DNA from: Myxococcota bacterium
Lineage (GTDB): Bacteria > Myxococcota_A > Bradymonadia > UBA7976 > UBA1532
Assembly: GCA_036337435.1 (NCBI GenBank)
Contig: JAYZEG010000058.1
Coordinates: 1-64,000 of the forward strand
Length of the DNA: 64,000 bases
Direction of reading: 5' to 3'
Shown here piece after piece: positions 40,097 through 50,266 of the stretch (position 1 is its first letter; every line of letters begins with the position of its first letter). Both the position numbers and the translations under genes were made by a program. The notes beneath the pieces are model-generated. The model was given only the letters and a program-made list of their open reading frames with translations. It was not told where the DNA came from and did no database searches.

Positions 40097-41705
40097 ACTC
40101 GCCTTTGTCGCCACACTGTTCTTGTTTTTCATCGCGTGCGAAGCGAAGGAAGCTGAATCAACGAGTACATCTGGCGATGCCGCTGTAGGTGCGGATAGTG
40201 AACCAAACCCATACCTGGATCTTGACCAAGATGGGTACCCTCCTATCAACGGCGACTGTGATGACAATAATTCCGAAATCGGACCAGACGCCGATGAAAT
40301 CTGTGGCGATGGCATTGATCAAGACTGCGATGGTTCCGACCTGGCCTGTGAGGACGCCGACCAGGACCGGGATGGGTACACACCCGCCGAAGGCGATTGC
40401 GACGATCAGGACTCCCAACGTCGACCTGGCCGATTAGAAACATGTGATGATGGAATCGATCAGGACTGTGATGGAGTCGATCTATCCTGTGATGAAATTG
40501 ATAATGATGGAGACGGTCTCTCGGCCGCAAACGGAGATTGCGACGATGAAAACCCGAGAATACGACCCGGATTTAGAGACCATTGCGGAGATGGGATAGA
40601 CCAGGACTGCGATGGCGAGGATAGCGTCTGCCAAACGGGACAGGACAATGACAGTGATGGTATCGTTGATGACGAGGACAACTGCCCAAACGTATCCAAT
40701 GAGCTGCAGTCTGATGGCGACGATGATGGCGTCGGGGATCTCTGCGATAATTGTTTAATGACACCGAATCCGGATCAGAGTGATCGGGATGAGGATACCG
40801 TGGGCGATGCGTGCGATGATGATGTGGATCGAGATGGTGATGGGTTCAGTGCATCTGCTGGTGATTGTGCCCCCGACGATGATTCGATTTTTCCAGGTGC
40901 GAACGAACTCTGTAACGACGTTGACGATGATTGTAATGGCTTTGTCGATGACGGTTGTCCTGGAATCGATATTCGCTCTGAAACAGTCAGAATCGAAGCC
41001 GGGCCCTCGCTTCTCGGGAGCGAAAACGCCGACCCGGACCTCTGTTTGAGAGATCCTCGGTCCGATGAAAATTGTGATGAGGTTCCTATGCGTAACGTGG
41101 AGCTGAGTGCCTTTTCCATCGATGCCCATGAGGTGACCAATGCACAGTACGCACGCTGTGTAGCAGTCGGTCGATGTTCACCGCCAAATGACCGGTCCCG
41201 TTTTGATGATCCAGCTTTTGCGAACCATCCCGTGGTTTGGGTGACTCAATCACAAGCAGTTGGCTACTGCACTTGGGCCGTAGGCCGTCTACCCACGGAG
41301 GCAGAATGGGAACGGGCCGCTCGAGGGACGAATCCGTTGAATAGCAGGCCTTATCCCTGGGGCGACGACGTCGGAGATTGCCGAGCCAATATTGCCAATT
41401 GTGAACCATCGACAACGATGGTGATGTCGTATCCGCAAGATCAAACCGATATGGGTGTTTTTGACCTCATTGGTAATGTGCACGAATACACGGACGGCTG
41501 GTATGATCCGCTCTACTACCGCCGCGCACCGGCGCAAGATCCACCAGGGACGGCGCAAGCTGGCAACATGAGCTTGCTCGCTATCCGAGGCGGTTCTTTT
41601 TCAGAGTCCGAGTCCTGGAGCACGATGACATATCGAGGATTTCGCCATCTGGTCAATCACAGGTCGGGGCGAGGCAACTTAGGGTTTCGCTGCGTTCAAG
41701 ATTAG
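40059..41705 (+). CDS. Lipoprotein with MopE-type and thrombospondin type-3 repeats and C-terminal FGE/SUMF1-like domain
   Basis: Lipobox FIAC, DxDGY..GDCDD..P...E.C.DGIDQDCDG repeats, DNCP...Q.D.D.DGVGD repeats, and FGE motifs HEVTNAQY, RLPTEAEWERAARG, GNVHE, RGGSF, GFRC. Confidence 0.88.
   Translation: MNSRKSSSKKHNRLAFVATLFLFFIACEAKEAESTSTSGDAAVGADSEPNPYLDLDQDGYPPINGDCDDNNSEIGPDADEICGDGIDQDCDGSDLACEDADQDRDGYTPAEGDCDDQDSQRRPGRLETCDDGIDQDCDGVDLSCDEIDNDGDGLSAANGDCDDENPRIRPGFRDHCGDGIDQDCDGEDSVCQTGQDNDSDGIVDDEDNCPNVSNELQSDGDDDGVGDLCDNCLMTPNPDQSDRDEDTVGDACDDDVDRDGDGFSASAGDCAPDDDSIFPGANELCNDVDDDCNGFVDDGCPGIDIRSETVRIEAGPSLLGSENADPDLCLRDPRSDENCDEVPMRNVELSAFSIDAHEVTNAQYARCVAVGRCSPPNDRSRFDDPAFANHPVVWVTQSQAVGYCTWAVGRLPTEAEWERAARGTNPLNSRPYPWGDDVGDCRANIANCEPSTTMVMSYPQDQTDMGVFDLIGNVHEYTDGWYDPLYYRRAPAQDPPGTAQAGNMSLLAIRGGSFSESESWSTMTYRGFRHLVNHRSGRGNLGFRCVQD
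40219..40960 (+). repeat. Intragenic Asp/Cys-rich MopE-type and TSP3 repeats
   Basis: Four DGIDQDCDG/DVDDDCNG units and two to three DNC repeats visible in the translation. Confidence 0.8.
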
Positions 41706-41719
41706 GTCGACCCACTGCA

Positions 41720-42583
41720 TTAGGCACCCGTAGGTAGGCTGAACAAAACCGGCATTAAAATAATCGGCATCAATGCGAGCATAGACGTTGTGAGGGACAC
41801 GCGGTGGGCTGCCCGAATGCCTGTGAGCAGCATGAAGATCGTCATGAATCGGTAGACGCTCGTGCCGATGTGGGGAATCCACATCAATATGGCCATGGCC
41901 TCCGTATACGCAAAGACCCGAAACGTGGCGGCGAATGGTCTTGAATCGCCTCCAAGCAATCGAATCATGCTGTGCCCAATCCACGCCTTCACGAATAAAA
42001 ATGCACTGACGGCGATGGGAATGATAGGCAATAGCTGGAGTAAAAAGCCTTGAGGGTCAATATTTTGCGCCTGAGCTTGCCCTTGGGGAGTCGCCATCAT
42101 GGCTTGTCGCAGTAACTCAGGATCGGCGATTAACTGAGACCACATCGCGAGCTGCCCGAGACAACCTGCGATCAACGCGAAGATGAGGGGCGTTGCAATA
42201 TCTTTGCGCTCATAGTTGATGCCTTTTAAGTATCGATTCGGACTTCGTAAGCTGAAATAAACCGTCAGACCGAAACTCAAGAGCCCTTTGCGGATTCGCG
42301 TATCCTCCCATGGGATGAATGAACCTTCGCCGTCATCTTGCACCTGCGGCTTTTCATCTTTCGCCGCCTTAAATCCGGGCCGTTGCGTTGGCTGTTGGCC
42401 CCGAAAAGCCGCATCGGGCGTGGCCGGACGCTCTTGAGGGCACACAACACAGACCACAAGGCCTGCATCGTCTCTGCTCACACATTCGCCGCACAGAGGT
42501 GAACCACATCGAACGCAAACCGCCCGAGCACTGACTGAGTTGTGATTAATACACCCAATGAAGCTTGGGTTCTTATCATTCAT
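41720..42583 (-). CDS. B-box-like zinc finger plus Yip1-like membrane domain protein
   Basis: CINH..A..VCVRCGSPLCGEC, then IPWE and five TM helices with ATFRVFAY. Confidence 0.78.
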   Translation of the reverse strand: MNDKNPSFIGCINHNSVSARAVCVRCGSPLCGECVSRDDAGLVVCVVCPQERPATPDAAFRGQQPTQRPGFKAAKDEKPQVQDDGEGSFIPWEDTRIRKGLLSFGLTVYFSLRSPNRYLKGINYERKDIATPLIFALIAGCLGQLAMWSQLIADPELLRQAMMATPQGQAQAQNIDPQGFLLQLLPIIPIAVSAFLFVKAWIGHSMIRLLGGDSRPFAATFRVFAYTEAMAILMWIPHIGTSVYRFMTIFMLLTGIRAAHRVSLTTSMLALMPIILMPVLFSLPTGA

Positions 42584-44220
42584 TTCTTACGCGACTTCCT
42601 ACGGCTGGCTCGAGCAGCCTTATTTTTCTTTCGAGACGCCTTTTTTGCCTTCGACGCTCGTGCCGATGATTTTGGTCCGCCGCCGGGTGTTCCGGGCGGC
42701 ATGTAGCCTCGAGGCAGACCCGGCATGGGACCAGCCATTTGTGGTCCACCTAAGCCTGGCATACCACCCATTCCTGGCATCCCCATACCGCCCATGCCGC
42801 CGTCAACACCGAACTGGCCCATGACTTCATTCATGTCCATGCCCTTAAGCTTTTGCATTTGGGCAAATTGTTTGAAACCCGGCAATTTCATCAGCATGTT
42901 TCCACCGCCCGGAGACCCGATGGCCCCCATGACTTGGCGCATGCCTTTAAAGCGACCAATGAGCTCAATGACCTCTTGCGGCTTTCGACCCGAGCCATTG
43001 GCTATGCGCTCTGCGCGACGCGATTCGCTCTCTACCAATTCGGGGTCTTTGCGCTCACTTTTGGTCATCGACTGAATAATAGATTCAATTCGCACCAACG
43101 CAGATTCATCAATCTGCGCACCGTCGGGTAGTCCACCACCAAAAAAAGGCATTTTCTCAAAAATGTCGCCGAGAGAGCCCATTTGCTTAATGACACGAAT
43201 CTGCTCCAGAAAATCCCACATATCGAAGTTGCCCGAGAGCATCTTTTTGGCGTCTTCTTCTGCTTTCTCTTCGTCGACAACTTTTTCAAAGTCTTGCATC
43301 AAGCCCACAATGTCGCCAAATCCCATGATTCGACTTGCGAGCCCTTCCGGTCGGAACTCTTCGAGCGACTCTAGGTCTTCACCCATACCCAGGAACTTGA
43401 TCGGTTTGCCCGTGACAGCCTTAATGGACAGGGCTGCACCACCACGGGCATCGCCATCAAGCTTGGTCATGATAAAGCCATTAATGCCGATGGTTTTATC
43501 AAACTCACTGGCGGTGCGAACTGCGTCTTGACCGATCATCGCATCGACCACCAAAATGGTATTATCGGGCTTGGTGCGTGACTTTATATCACCCAGTTCA
43601 GCCATTAATGACTCATCGATAGCCAATCGACCGGCAGTATCAAAGATGACAACATCACAACCTTGCTTACGGGCCTGACCAACAGCGCGATCGCAAATCT
43701 CAGGGGGCTGGGAGCCCTCTTCGAAATAAACGGGGACGTCAAGTCGTTGGCCGAGAATTTTTAGCTGTTCAACAGCCGCCGGCCGATAAATATCAGCCGC
43801 GACCAACATCGGTTTTTTACCCTGCTCTAATAAACGCCGGGCCAGCTTACCGGTGGTCGTGGTTTTACCGGAACCCTGAAGACCGATCATCATGATCTTG
43901 GTCACGCCGGTAGAAAAAGTCAGGGACGTATCCACCGGACCCATGAGTGCTTCGAGCTCGTCCTGGCAAATTTTGATGAAGTAGTCACCGGCGGAAACGC
44001 TTTGTTTGCTCTTCTTGGCGACGACCTGGACAACTTGGCCTAGGGCTTTTGACTTCACTTCGCCGATGAACTGGCGAACGACTTTAAAGTCGACGTCAGC
44101 CTCGAGCAACGAGACTCGAATTTCTCTCAATGCCTCGTCAATATTTTCCTCGGTAATTTCACGCTTGCCCTGAAAGCGGTTTTTTACCGAACGGAATCCT
44201 TTGCTGATTGTCTCAAACAT
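42580..44220 (-). CDS. ffh: Signal recognition particle protein
   Basis: LLEADV, GLQGSGKTTT, DTAGRL, TKLDGDARGGAALS and M domain. ATG at 44220. Confidence 0.97.
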   Translation of the reverse strand: MFETISKGFRSVKNRFQGKREITEENIDEALREIRVSLLEADVDFKVVRQFIGEVKSKALGQVVQVVAKKSKQSVSAGDYFIKICQDELEALMGPVDTSLTFSTGVTKIMMIGLQGSGKTTTTGKLARRLLEQGKKPMLVAADIYRPAAVEQLKILGQRLDVPVYFEEGSQPPEICDRAVGQARKQGCDVVIFDTAGRLAIDESLMAELGDIKSRTKPDNTILVVDAMIGQDAVRTASEFDKTIGINGFIMTKLDGDARGGAALSIKAVTGKPIKFLGMGEDLESLEEFRPEGLASRIMGFGDIVGLMQDFEKVVDEEKAEEDAKKMLSGNFDMWDFLEQIRVIKQMGSLGDIFEKMPFFGGGLPDGAQIDESALVRIESIIQSMTKSERKDPELVESESRRAERIANGSGRKPQEVIELIGRFKGMRQVMGAIGSPGGGNMLMKLPGFKQFAQMQKLKGMDMNEVMGQFGVDGGMGGMGMPGMGGMPGLGGPQMAGPMPGLPRGYMPPGTPGGGPKSSARASKAKKASRKKNKAARASRRKSRKK

Positions 44221-44488
44221 TCGCTCTCTCTTCTCATGCCATGCTGAATCGGCGAGCCTGCTCGCTTGAAGGCGCGATTCTATGGGGGGATGCAAAGCGC
44301 GTCAACCACACTTTGCTGATTCCTAGGATCGGCACCTCCTAAGTTATAGCGGAATGAAATACATTTTCCATACCCGACCCAGTCGGCCCATAAGACCGTC
44401 GGTTTTTGGTCGGGTTTGTTTGGATTTGGCAGATTGGGCAGAAATGTGAGACACAAACAAGAGCAGGCGAGATGAACTTGGAGTCAGT

Positions 44489-46072
44489 GTGAGCGCAAAC
44501 GAACTCATCGTGGGGATTGATCTAGGTACAACAAATTCGTGTATTGCATGCGTTCTAGATGGCGATGTTCATGTCATCCCCGATGAATCAAATTCGACGC
44601 TTCAAGCCTCCGTCGTTGCATTCCTCGAAGATGGATCAGTCATCGTAGGCAATGAGGCTCAAAATGAAGTCGTCGTCGATCCCGTCAATACAGTCATGTC
44701 CGCAAAACGTCTCATTGGCCGTTCCTTCACAAGTGCAGCAGTTCAACGTGCAATTCAAGATCTGCCCTATCGAGTTATAAAAGGTGACGCTCTTCAACCG
44801 TTCATTGGAATTCGTGGGCAGCGATACGCTTTGCCGGAGATCAGTGGAATGGTTTTGCGACGTATGAAGGACATCGGCAACCGATATGTCGGCAGAGATA
44901 TAACGAGTGCCGTCGTCACTGTGCCTGCCAATTTCAACGATACGCAGCGACAAATGACCAAACTTGCTGGAGAATTGGCTGGCTTGAATGTGGTTCGAGT
45001 AATCAACGAACCAACCGCTGCTGCATTGGCGTACGGCTATGGACACAATGTCAATGCACGCGTCGCTATTTATGATTTTGGGGGGGGTACATTCGACCTG
45101 ACTATCTTGGATATCAGGGGCAACATCTTTGAAGTGTTGGCCACTGCTGGAGACGGACATTTGGGTGGAGATGATTTCGATACCCGACTTGTCAAAAGCT
45201 TAGCCCACGCATTCGAAGAGCAACATGGTGTGTCGCTCGAAGGAAACAAAATCGCCTACGCTCGGCTAAACCACGTCGCTGAAAAAACAAAATTCGAGCT
45301 GACTGAAACAGACCAGGCTGTCGTCAACGTAAAAGCACTTTCAAATTCTCCTTCTGGCGAGCCGCTCGACCTCAAGTTCCGACTTGATAGAGCTGGTTTT
45401 ACAACCCATTGCCAGGACATCGCCCAACGTACTTTCCTTGTCTGTGATGAAGCCTTGAGAGCAGCCGGCCTCAAAGCTGCCGACTTAGACCAAATCATCT
45501 TGGTCGGCGGAAGCACTCGAGTCCCGATGGTGCGCGACATGGTATCCAAATACTTCGGCAAAACACCGCTCACAGATATAAATCCAGATGAGGTGGTTGC
45601 TGTGGGTGCTGCTATTCAGGGTGCCGCTCTAGCCGAGGACCATTTTACAAGTTCTCCGGACCAACCTCAGCCGCTGCTGCTGGACGTCGCACCGCAATCC
45701 TTGGGCTTGGCGAGTGTCGATGATTACTACGAGGTTCTCATTGAGAAGAATGCACAAATCCCTTGTGAACGGACCCAAGTTTTCACAACCAGTAAAGATG
45801 GACAAACGTCGGTAAAAATAAGGATTTTTCAAGGCGAACAAGACACGGTTTCACTGAATACTGCGCTGGGTGAAATCGAGCTCTACGGACTTAAAGCGGC
45901 CCCAAGGGGTGAGGTTCAAATTGAGGTCGCTTTTGAAATTGATGCCAATGGCATCGTCGTCGTGAAAGCCAGAGATCTCGAAACAGGTCTTGAACAGGCG
46001 ACGCGGCTCAGGGTATCGGCCGGATACGACGATGATGAACTCACAGCGATGAAGGCGCGATATCACGGATGA
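44489..46072 (+). CDS. Hsp70 (DnaK-family) chaperone, lid-less paralogue
   Basis: GIDLGTTNS, TVPANF, INEPTAAALAYG, DFGGGTFD, LVGGSTRVP; only 527 aa. Confidence 0.93.
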   Translation: MSANELIVGIDLGTTNSCIACVLDGDVHVIPDESNSTLQASVVAFLEDGSVIVGNEAQNEVVVDPVNTVMSAKRLIGRSFTSAAVQRAIQDLPYRVIKGDALQPFIGIRGQRYALPEISGMVLRRMKDIGNRYVGRDITSAVVTVPANFNDTQRQMTKLAGELAGLNVVRVINEPTAAALAYGYGHNVNARVAIYDFGGGTFDLTILDIRGNIFEVLATAGDGHLGGDDFDTRLVKSLAHAFEEQHGVSLEGNKIAYARLNHVAEKTKFELTETDQAVVNVKALSNSPSGEPLDLKFRLDRAGFTTHCQDIAQRTFLVCDEALRAAGLKAADLDQIILVGGSTRVPMVRDMVSKYFGKTPLTDINPDEVVAVGAAIQGAALAEDHFTSSPDQPQPLLLDVAPQSLGLASVDDYYEVLIEKNAQIPCERTQVFTTSKDGQTSVKIRIFQGEQDTVSLNTALGEIELYGLKAAPRGEVQIEVAFEIDANGIVVVKARDLETGLEQATRLRVSAGYDDDELTAMKARYHG

Positions 46073-47067
46073 TAGACTCCAGCCAAAAGTTAGCGCAACT
46101 TGCTCTGGGAAAATCGAGAGCCCAATCTTATGGATTGGTGTGTGCTGGGTCAGATGTCGGTGCCCAATTTTATTCCGTGTTGGCGGCCTGTAATCTTGTC
46201 GTCGAGACGCTAGATGACATGTCCAAGTTGGTTCAGTCCGTGACTCTCAAAACGCGATTGGTTGTTCTGGGAGATCAGAACGGCCAGGGACGAATCGGCG
46301 ATATTTGTAAACGCCTTAAACGTCTAGAATACAGCCATCAGCTTGCAATCCTCGTGTTATCGAATGCCTTTTCCGACCGAGAATTCGCCATTCGCCAACA
46401 ACAGATTTGGGGTGTCGATCTCTGCTTACCGAAAACAACACCGAAAGACGTTCTCATCGAGAAGGTATCCAGCGCACTCATCGACCACCGCCCCATCTCT
46501 GAATTCGGCTGTCTGCCCATTGCAATCGCAAATGAAATCGACAGCGTCCTGGCGAGAATTCATACGGGCAACTATTATACGATTCTAGGAGTGGTCCCAA
46601 AGGCCGATGAAGCACAAATCCGGTCGGCGTTTCATCAACTCGCTCAAGTCTTGCATCCAGACCGCCATCGAGCACGCGCAGCGCAATATGGTCGTACACT
46701 TCGAAGAATCGCCGATGCCTACAAACGGGTGAGCGAAATCCACAGTGTGCTCACGTCGACAACGAAAAGGCGGGAATACGACCTCTGTTTGCTCAGTGCC
46801 ACGTCACTGCGACATGAGCCTGAAAAGCTGCCCCAACCCTTGAGGTCCGAACTGGAATTATGCAAAACGAGACGCGCTCGAGTCGCCGTTGTAGAAAGCT
46901 TGATCGCTCGACTGACTGGACATTGGAAATCCGCCTACAAATCGATGCACACCGCAGTGTCCGCCGAGCCAGATAATTTCCCGCTCCGGGACAAGGCCGA
47001 ATCAGTAAAGAAGGTCTATATGTTATGTGCTGCGTCTCACAGCGTATCAAACGGAAATTGGAGCTAG
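46069..47067 (+). CDS. J-domain co-chaperone with N-terminal receiver-like domain
   Basis: NYYTILGV...IRSAFHQLAQVLHPD...YD; degenerate receiver fold at the N-terminus. Confidence 0.8.
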   Translation: MIDSSQKLAQLALGKSRAQSYGLVCAGSDVGAQFYSVLAACNLVVETLDDMSKLVQSVTLKTRLVVLGDQNGQGRIGDICKRLKRLEYSHQLAILVLSNAFSDREFAIRQQQIWGVDLCLPKTTPKDVLIEKVSSALIDHRPISEFGCLPIAIANEIDSVLARIHTGNYYTILGVVPKADEAQIRSAFHQLAQVLHPDRHRARAAQYGRTLRRIADAYKRVSEIHSVLTSTTKRREYDLCLLSATSLRHEPEKLPQPLRSELELCKTRRARVAVVESLIARLTGHWKSAYKSMHTAVSAEPDNFPLRDKAESVKKVYMLCAASHSVSNGNWS

Positions 47068-47077
47068 GTCACAAGTC

Positions 47078-47890
47078 ATGCTGAGTCGAATCATTTCAGG
47101 TGTTGTACTGGCAGTCGGCATCGTCCTTGTGCTGCTTAAATCCCCGTGGTGGGGCTTCGGGATTGTGATCGGCGTGGCTGCCGCCCTGGGGTCTAACGAA
47201 TATATCAGAATGGCCCGTCCGATGAGTGGTGCTGGTGAACGAGGCATATTCATCATCATCTCAACGCTGGTCGCGTGCGCCCCGATGATCACCCGGTTTG
47301 TCCCAACGCTAGACCACACAACACTGTTAACCATTGGATTCGTCGTCTTGATGACCGTTCGACTGGCCAATCCAAAGCCCATTGAAGACGCACTAAATCG
47401 AGCAGCCCTAGACGTATGTGGATTGATGTATCTCGGTGTTACATTTCCACTCATCTTCGATCTTCGGGCCCAGACAAATGATGGATGGCTTGTCTTGCTG
47501 GCTATGGTCATTACCTTTGCGTCCGACACCGGCGGCTATTTTGCCGGTCGATTTTTGGGAAAAAATAAGCTCTATCCAACCGTATCACCCAAGAAAACCA
47601 TCGAAGGTGCAATCGGCGGAATAATTGCCGCCGTTGGCGGAACCTATCTGCTTTCGACAAACATCGACAGTCTAGCTATCCTAACGCCCATGCACTGCGT
47701 TGCGATCGGTGGATTGGGCGCATGTATGGCCATAATCGGTGACTTGGTTGAATCACTTATGAAACGTGCTTTTGGCGTAAAGGACTCCGGAGCTTTGATT
47801 CCGGGTCATGGTGGAATTCTAGACCGAATAGACGGCTTGCTGTTCTGTGGCCCTTTTGTTTGGATTTATTTGCGGATTTGCTTTCAGTGA
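47078..47890 (+). CDS. cdsA: Phosphatidate cytidylyltransferase
   Basis: SDTGGYFAG, SPKKTIEG, GDLVESLMKR..GVKDSG.LIPGHGGILDRIDG. Confidence 0.95.
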   Translation: MLSRIISGVVLAVGIVLVLLKSPWWGFGIVIGVAAALGSNEYIRMARPMSGAGERGIFIIISTLVACAPMITRFVPTLDHTTLLTIGFVVLMTVRLANPKPIEDALNRAALDVCGLMYLGVTFPLIFDLRAQTNDGWLVLLAMVITFASDTGGYFAGRFLGKNKLYPTVSPKKTIEGAIGGIIAAVGGTYLLSTNIDSLAILTPMHCVAIGGLGACMAIIGDLVESLMKRAFGVKDSGALIPGHGGILDRIDGLLFCGPFVWIYLRICFQ

Positions 47891-49539
47891 CGTCGATACT
47901 TGCTTTCTTTATTCTAATCGGAGTTCTCATCACCGTACACGAGTTCGGCCACTTTGCTGTGGCTAAGATGTGCGGGGTCAAATGTGAGGTTTTCTCCATC
48001 GGCTTTGGACGGCCGATATTTAAAGTTCAGCGTGGCGAAACAGAATACCGCTTGGCCTGGATTCCCTTGGGCGGATATGTCCGAATGCTGGGTCAAGAGC
48101 CCGAAGAAAACCGAGACCAATCAGATATCGGCCGAAGCTTGATGGACAAATCTCCGCTGATCCGTATTTTGATCTATGCAGCGGGCCCGGGAATGAACCT
48201 GCTTCTGCCGTTTGTGCTTATCGTGCCCTTCATCGCCCTGAGTGAGCAAACAGCTCGAGTGCCAAGCAGCGATGTCGGTGCAGTAGATTCATCAATGCCA
48301 GCTTATCAAGCGGGTTTAAGGGGCGGCGATAAAATCACGCTGATAGACGGCCAACCCGTCCATGCATTTTGGCAAATTAAGGAGCGACTGTCGGCGTATA
48401 AACCGGAACAAGGTGCTGTCAAACTCGGGGTTGAAAGAGCGGGTCAGGGTCCGATCAATCTTGAGATTCAGCCCAGAGCAATTCAGCGTAAACATGAGCT
48501 GCTCGGTTTCGAACAAACTGATTATCTGATCGGATACCAAGTAGACGCACTCGATGCCAACATTGCCGTAACGTCCCAGCAAAGTGCAGCCTATCGCGCC
48601 GGCTTAAGGACGTTCGATCGAATCCTGTCGGTCGATGGCCAAGAAACACGCAGATATACTGATGTCATCCGCGCTTTGTCAGCATTGGAATCAGGTCAAC
48701 GTGTCCAGGTGCACTATGAACGATTGACAACCCCGCTTATTGAGGGTCTTTCCATCTTGAAGCGAAAGGTCCGGGGGACGATTGACTATGTTGCTGACAC
48801 TGGTCCTCTCAACCTGTTTCACGCCAGTTTGTGCGTCAGCAGTGTGGATCCGGCCGGTCCGGCCCGATTTCTGCAGCCAGGAGATTGCCTGCTCTCTGTT
48901 GATGGCCAATCCTACAGTCTGGGAACGTTTCTGCGCTCCAAATTAAACGATGACCCAGCGCGCTCAAAAAACATAACTTGGTTACGAAATGGCGTTCAAA
49001 TGGAGAATCGAATCCAATTTAAGAGGGAGATTCAGCAGCATCCTCTCGCAGGAGACGTCCCCATCTGGATTCAGGGATTTACGCTCGCACGGCAAACCAT
49101 GGTCCCTGCGAAGCTCACAGAGAGTCAGGACCGCTGGTCGCACGGGTGGTTTCGGGCAAAAACCGATGTTCCAAGGGAAATAGAAGTCACGGCAAGAAGC
49201 ATCAGCGGGATGTTCACGGGTCAGGTGAGTCCCACCCAGTTAGGCGGGCCGCTAACAATTTTTCACCTTGCCGGTAGTGCTGCAGAGGCTGGCTTCGACA
49301 GATTTCTCAGACTGATGGTGCTGCTCAGCCTAAGTATAGGTCTATTTAATCTCCTGCCTGTTCCAGCCCTCGATGGCGGACAGATTCTCATTGCCTCGAT
49401 AGAAATGGTCACCAGAAAGCCATTGCCTGAAAAAGCACACATGATTCTTCATCAAATCGGTGTGTTTTTAATTTTAGCACTCATTATCTTTGCACTCAGC
49501 AACGATGCGATACGCACGTGGCGTCTGAGCAATTCATAG
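47860..49539 (+). CDS. rseP: RIP metalloprotease RseP with PDZ domains
   Basis: HEFGH, FSIGFG, AGPGMN, FNLLPVPALDGG. Confidence 0.94.
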   Translation: MDLFADLLSVTSILAFFILIGVLITVHEFGHFAVAKMCGVKCEVFSIGFGRPIFKVQRGETEYRLAWIPLGGYVRMLGQEPEENRDQSDIGRSLMDKSPLIRILIYAAGPGMNLLLPFVLIVPFIALSEQTARVPSSDVGAVDSSMPAYQAGLRGGDKITLIDGQPVHAFWQIKERLSAYKPEQGAVKLGVERAGQGPINLEIQPRAIQRKHELLGFEQTDYLIGYQVDALDANIAVTSQQSAAYRAGLRTFDRILSVDGQETRRYTDVIRALSALESGQRVQVHYERLTTPLIEGLSILKRKVRGTIDYVADTGPLNLFHASLCVSSVDPAGPARFLQPGDCLLSVDGQSYSLGTFLRSKLNDDPARSKNITWLRNGVQMENRIQFKREIQQHPLAGDVPIWIQGFTLARQTMVPAKLTESQDRWSHGWFRAKTDVPREIEVTARSISGMFTGQVSPTQLGGPLTIFHLAGSAAEAGFDRFLRLMVLLSLSIGLFNLLPVPALDGGQILIASIEMVTRKPLPEKAHMILHQIGVFLILALIIFALSNDAIRTWRLSNS

Positions 49540-49549
49540 GGAGTGGATC

Positions 49550-50266
49550 ATGCTCATACTCTGCATTGATACAGCGACCTCCACCGAGTCCATTGCACTC
49601 GTTCGTATTCATGACGGGCAAAAGTCAAATGGCGGGTTCTCTATCACCACACTTGTGGAGAAAAGCTCGGAACGCGGTGGGATTCATGGTCCGTACTTGC
49701 TCGACGACATTCATCTCATACTGGATGAGTCAGACCTGACGCTCGCCGAGCTCGATGGCTATTGCGTCGGCCTAGGACCGGGTAGTTTCACAGGCTTGAG
49801 AATTAGTTTAGCGACTCTAAAGGGGCTTTCACTCGCCACCGATAAACCCTTGTATGGTGTGCGGACGACCCAAGCATTGTGCCGAGGAGTTGGGGGTGAC
49901 GCTGCCGTCGCTGTAATCGATGCCAGACGTGGTGAAATCTACATTGAAGGAGGCTCTTTGACTGAGCCTATCTGCTGTCACCCATCAAAAATTTGGTCGT
50001 TTCTCGATCCATCCTTTCCATGGCGATTGGTTGGCGATGGTGCCCTGAAATATCGGGATGAACTGACCGAGAATACCAATGCAACGGTGGTCGAAGGCGC
50101 AGACTTGCATGCGCCCCGGGCAGCCCTCCTCGCGCCATATATCAGACCGAACGAGGTGCCCAAGCTGTCTGTGCTCGAGCCGATTTATGTCCGGAAGTCA
50201 GACGCAGAAATTAACTACCCAGACGGATTTCCCGACGCGGTCAATAGAGTGCCCAGGTCGCATTGA
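49550..50266 (+). CDS. tsaB: tRNA t6A biosynthesis protein TsaB
   Basis: LCIDTAT, GPGSFTGLRI, IDARRGEIY, LEPIYVR. Confidence 0.93.
   Translation: MLILCIDTATSTESIALVRIHDGQKSNGGFSITTLVEKSSERGGIHGPYLLDDIHLILDESDLTLAELDGYCVGLGPGSFTGLRISLATLKGLSLATDKPLYGVRTTQALCRGVGGDAAVAVIDARRGEIYIEGGSLTEPICCHPSKIWSFLDPSFPWRLVGDGALKYRDELTENTNATVVEGADLHAPRAALLAPYIRPNEVPKLSVLEPIYVRKSDAEINYPDGFPDAVNRVPRSH

Noticed and set aside
40219..40960. Repeats as a DGR or non-coding array next to an FGE/CLec-like domain
   Set aside because: These are coding repeats; no reverse transcriptase and no adenine-specific TR/VR pair seen in the window
44221..44488. CIRCE element or SRP RNA near dnaK/ffh
   Set aside because: No TTAGCACTC-N9-GAGTGCTAA and no SRP domain IV signature visible
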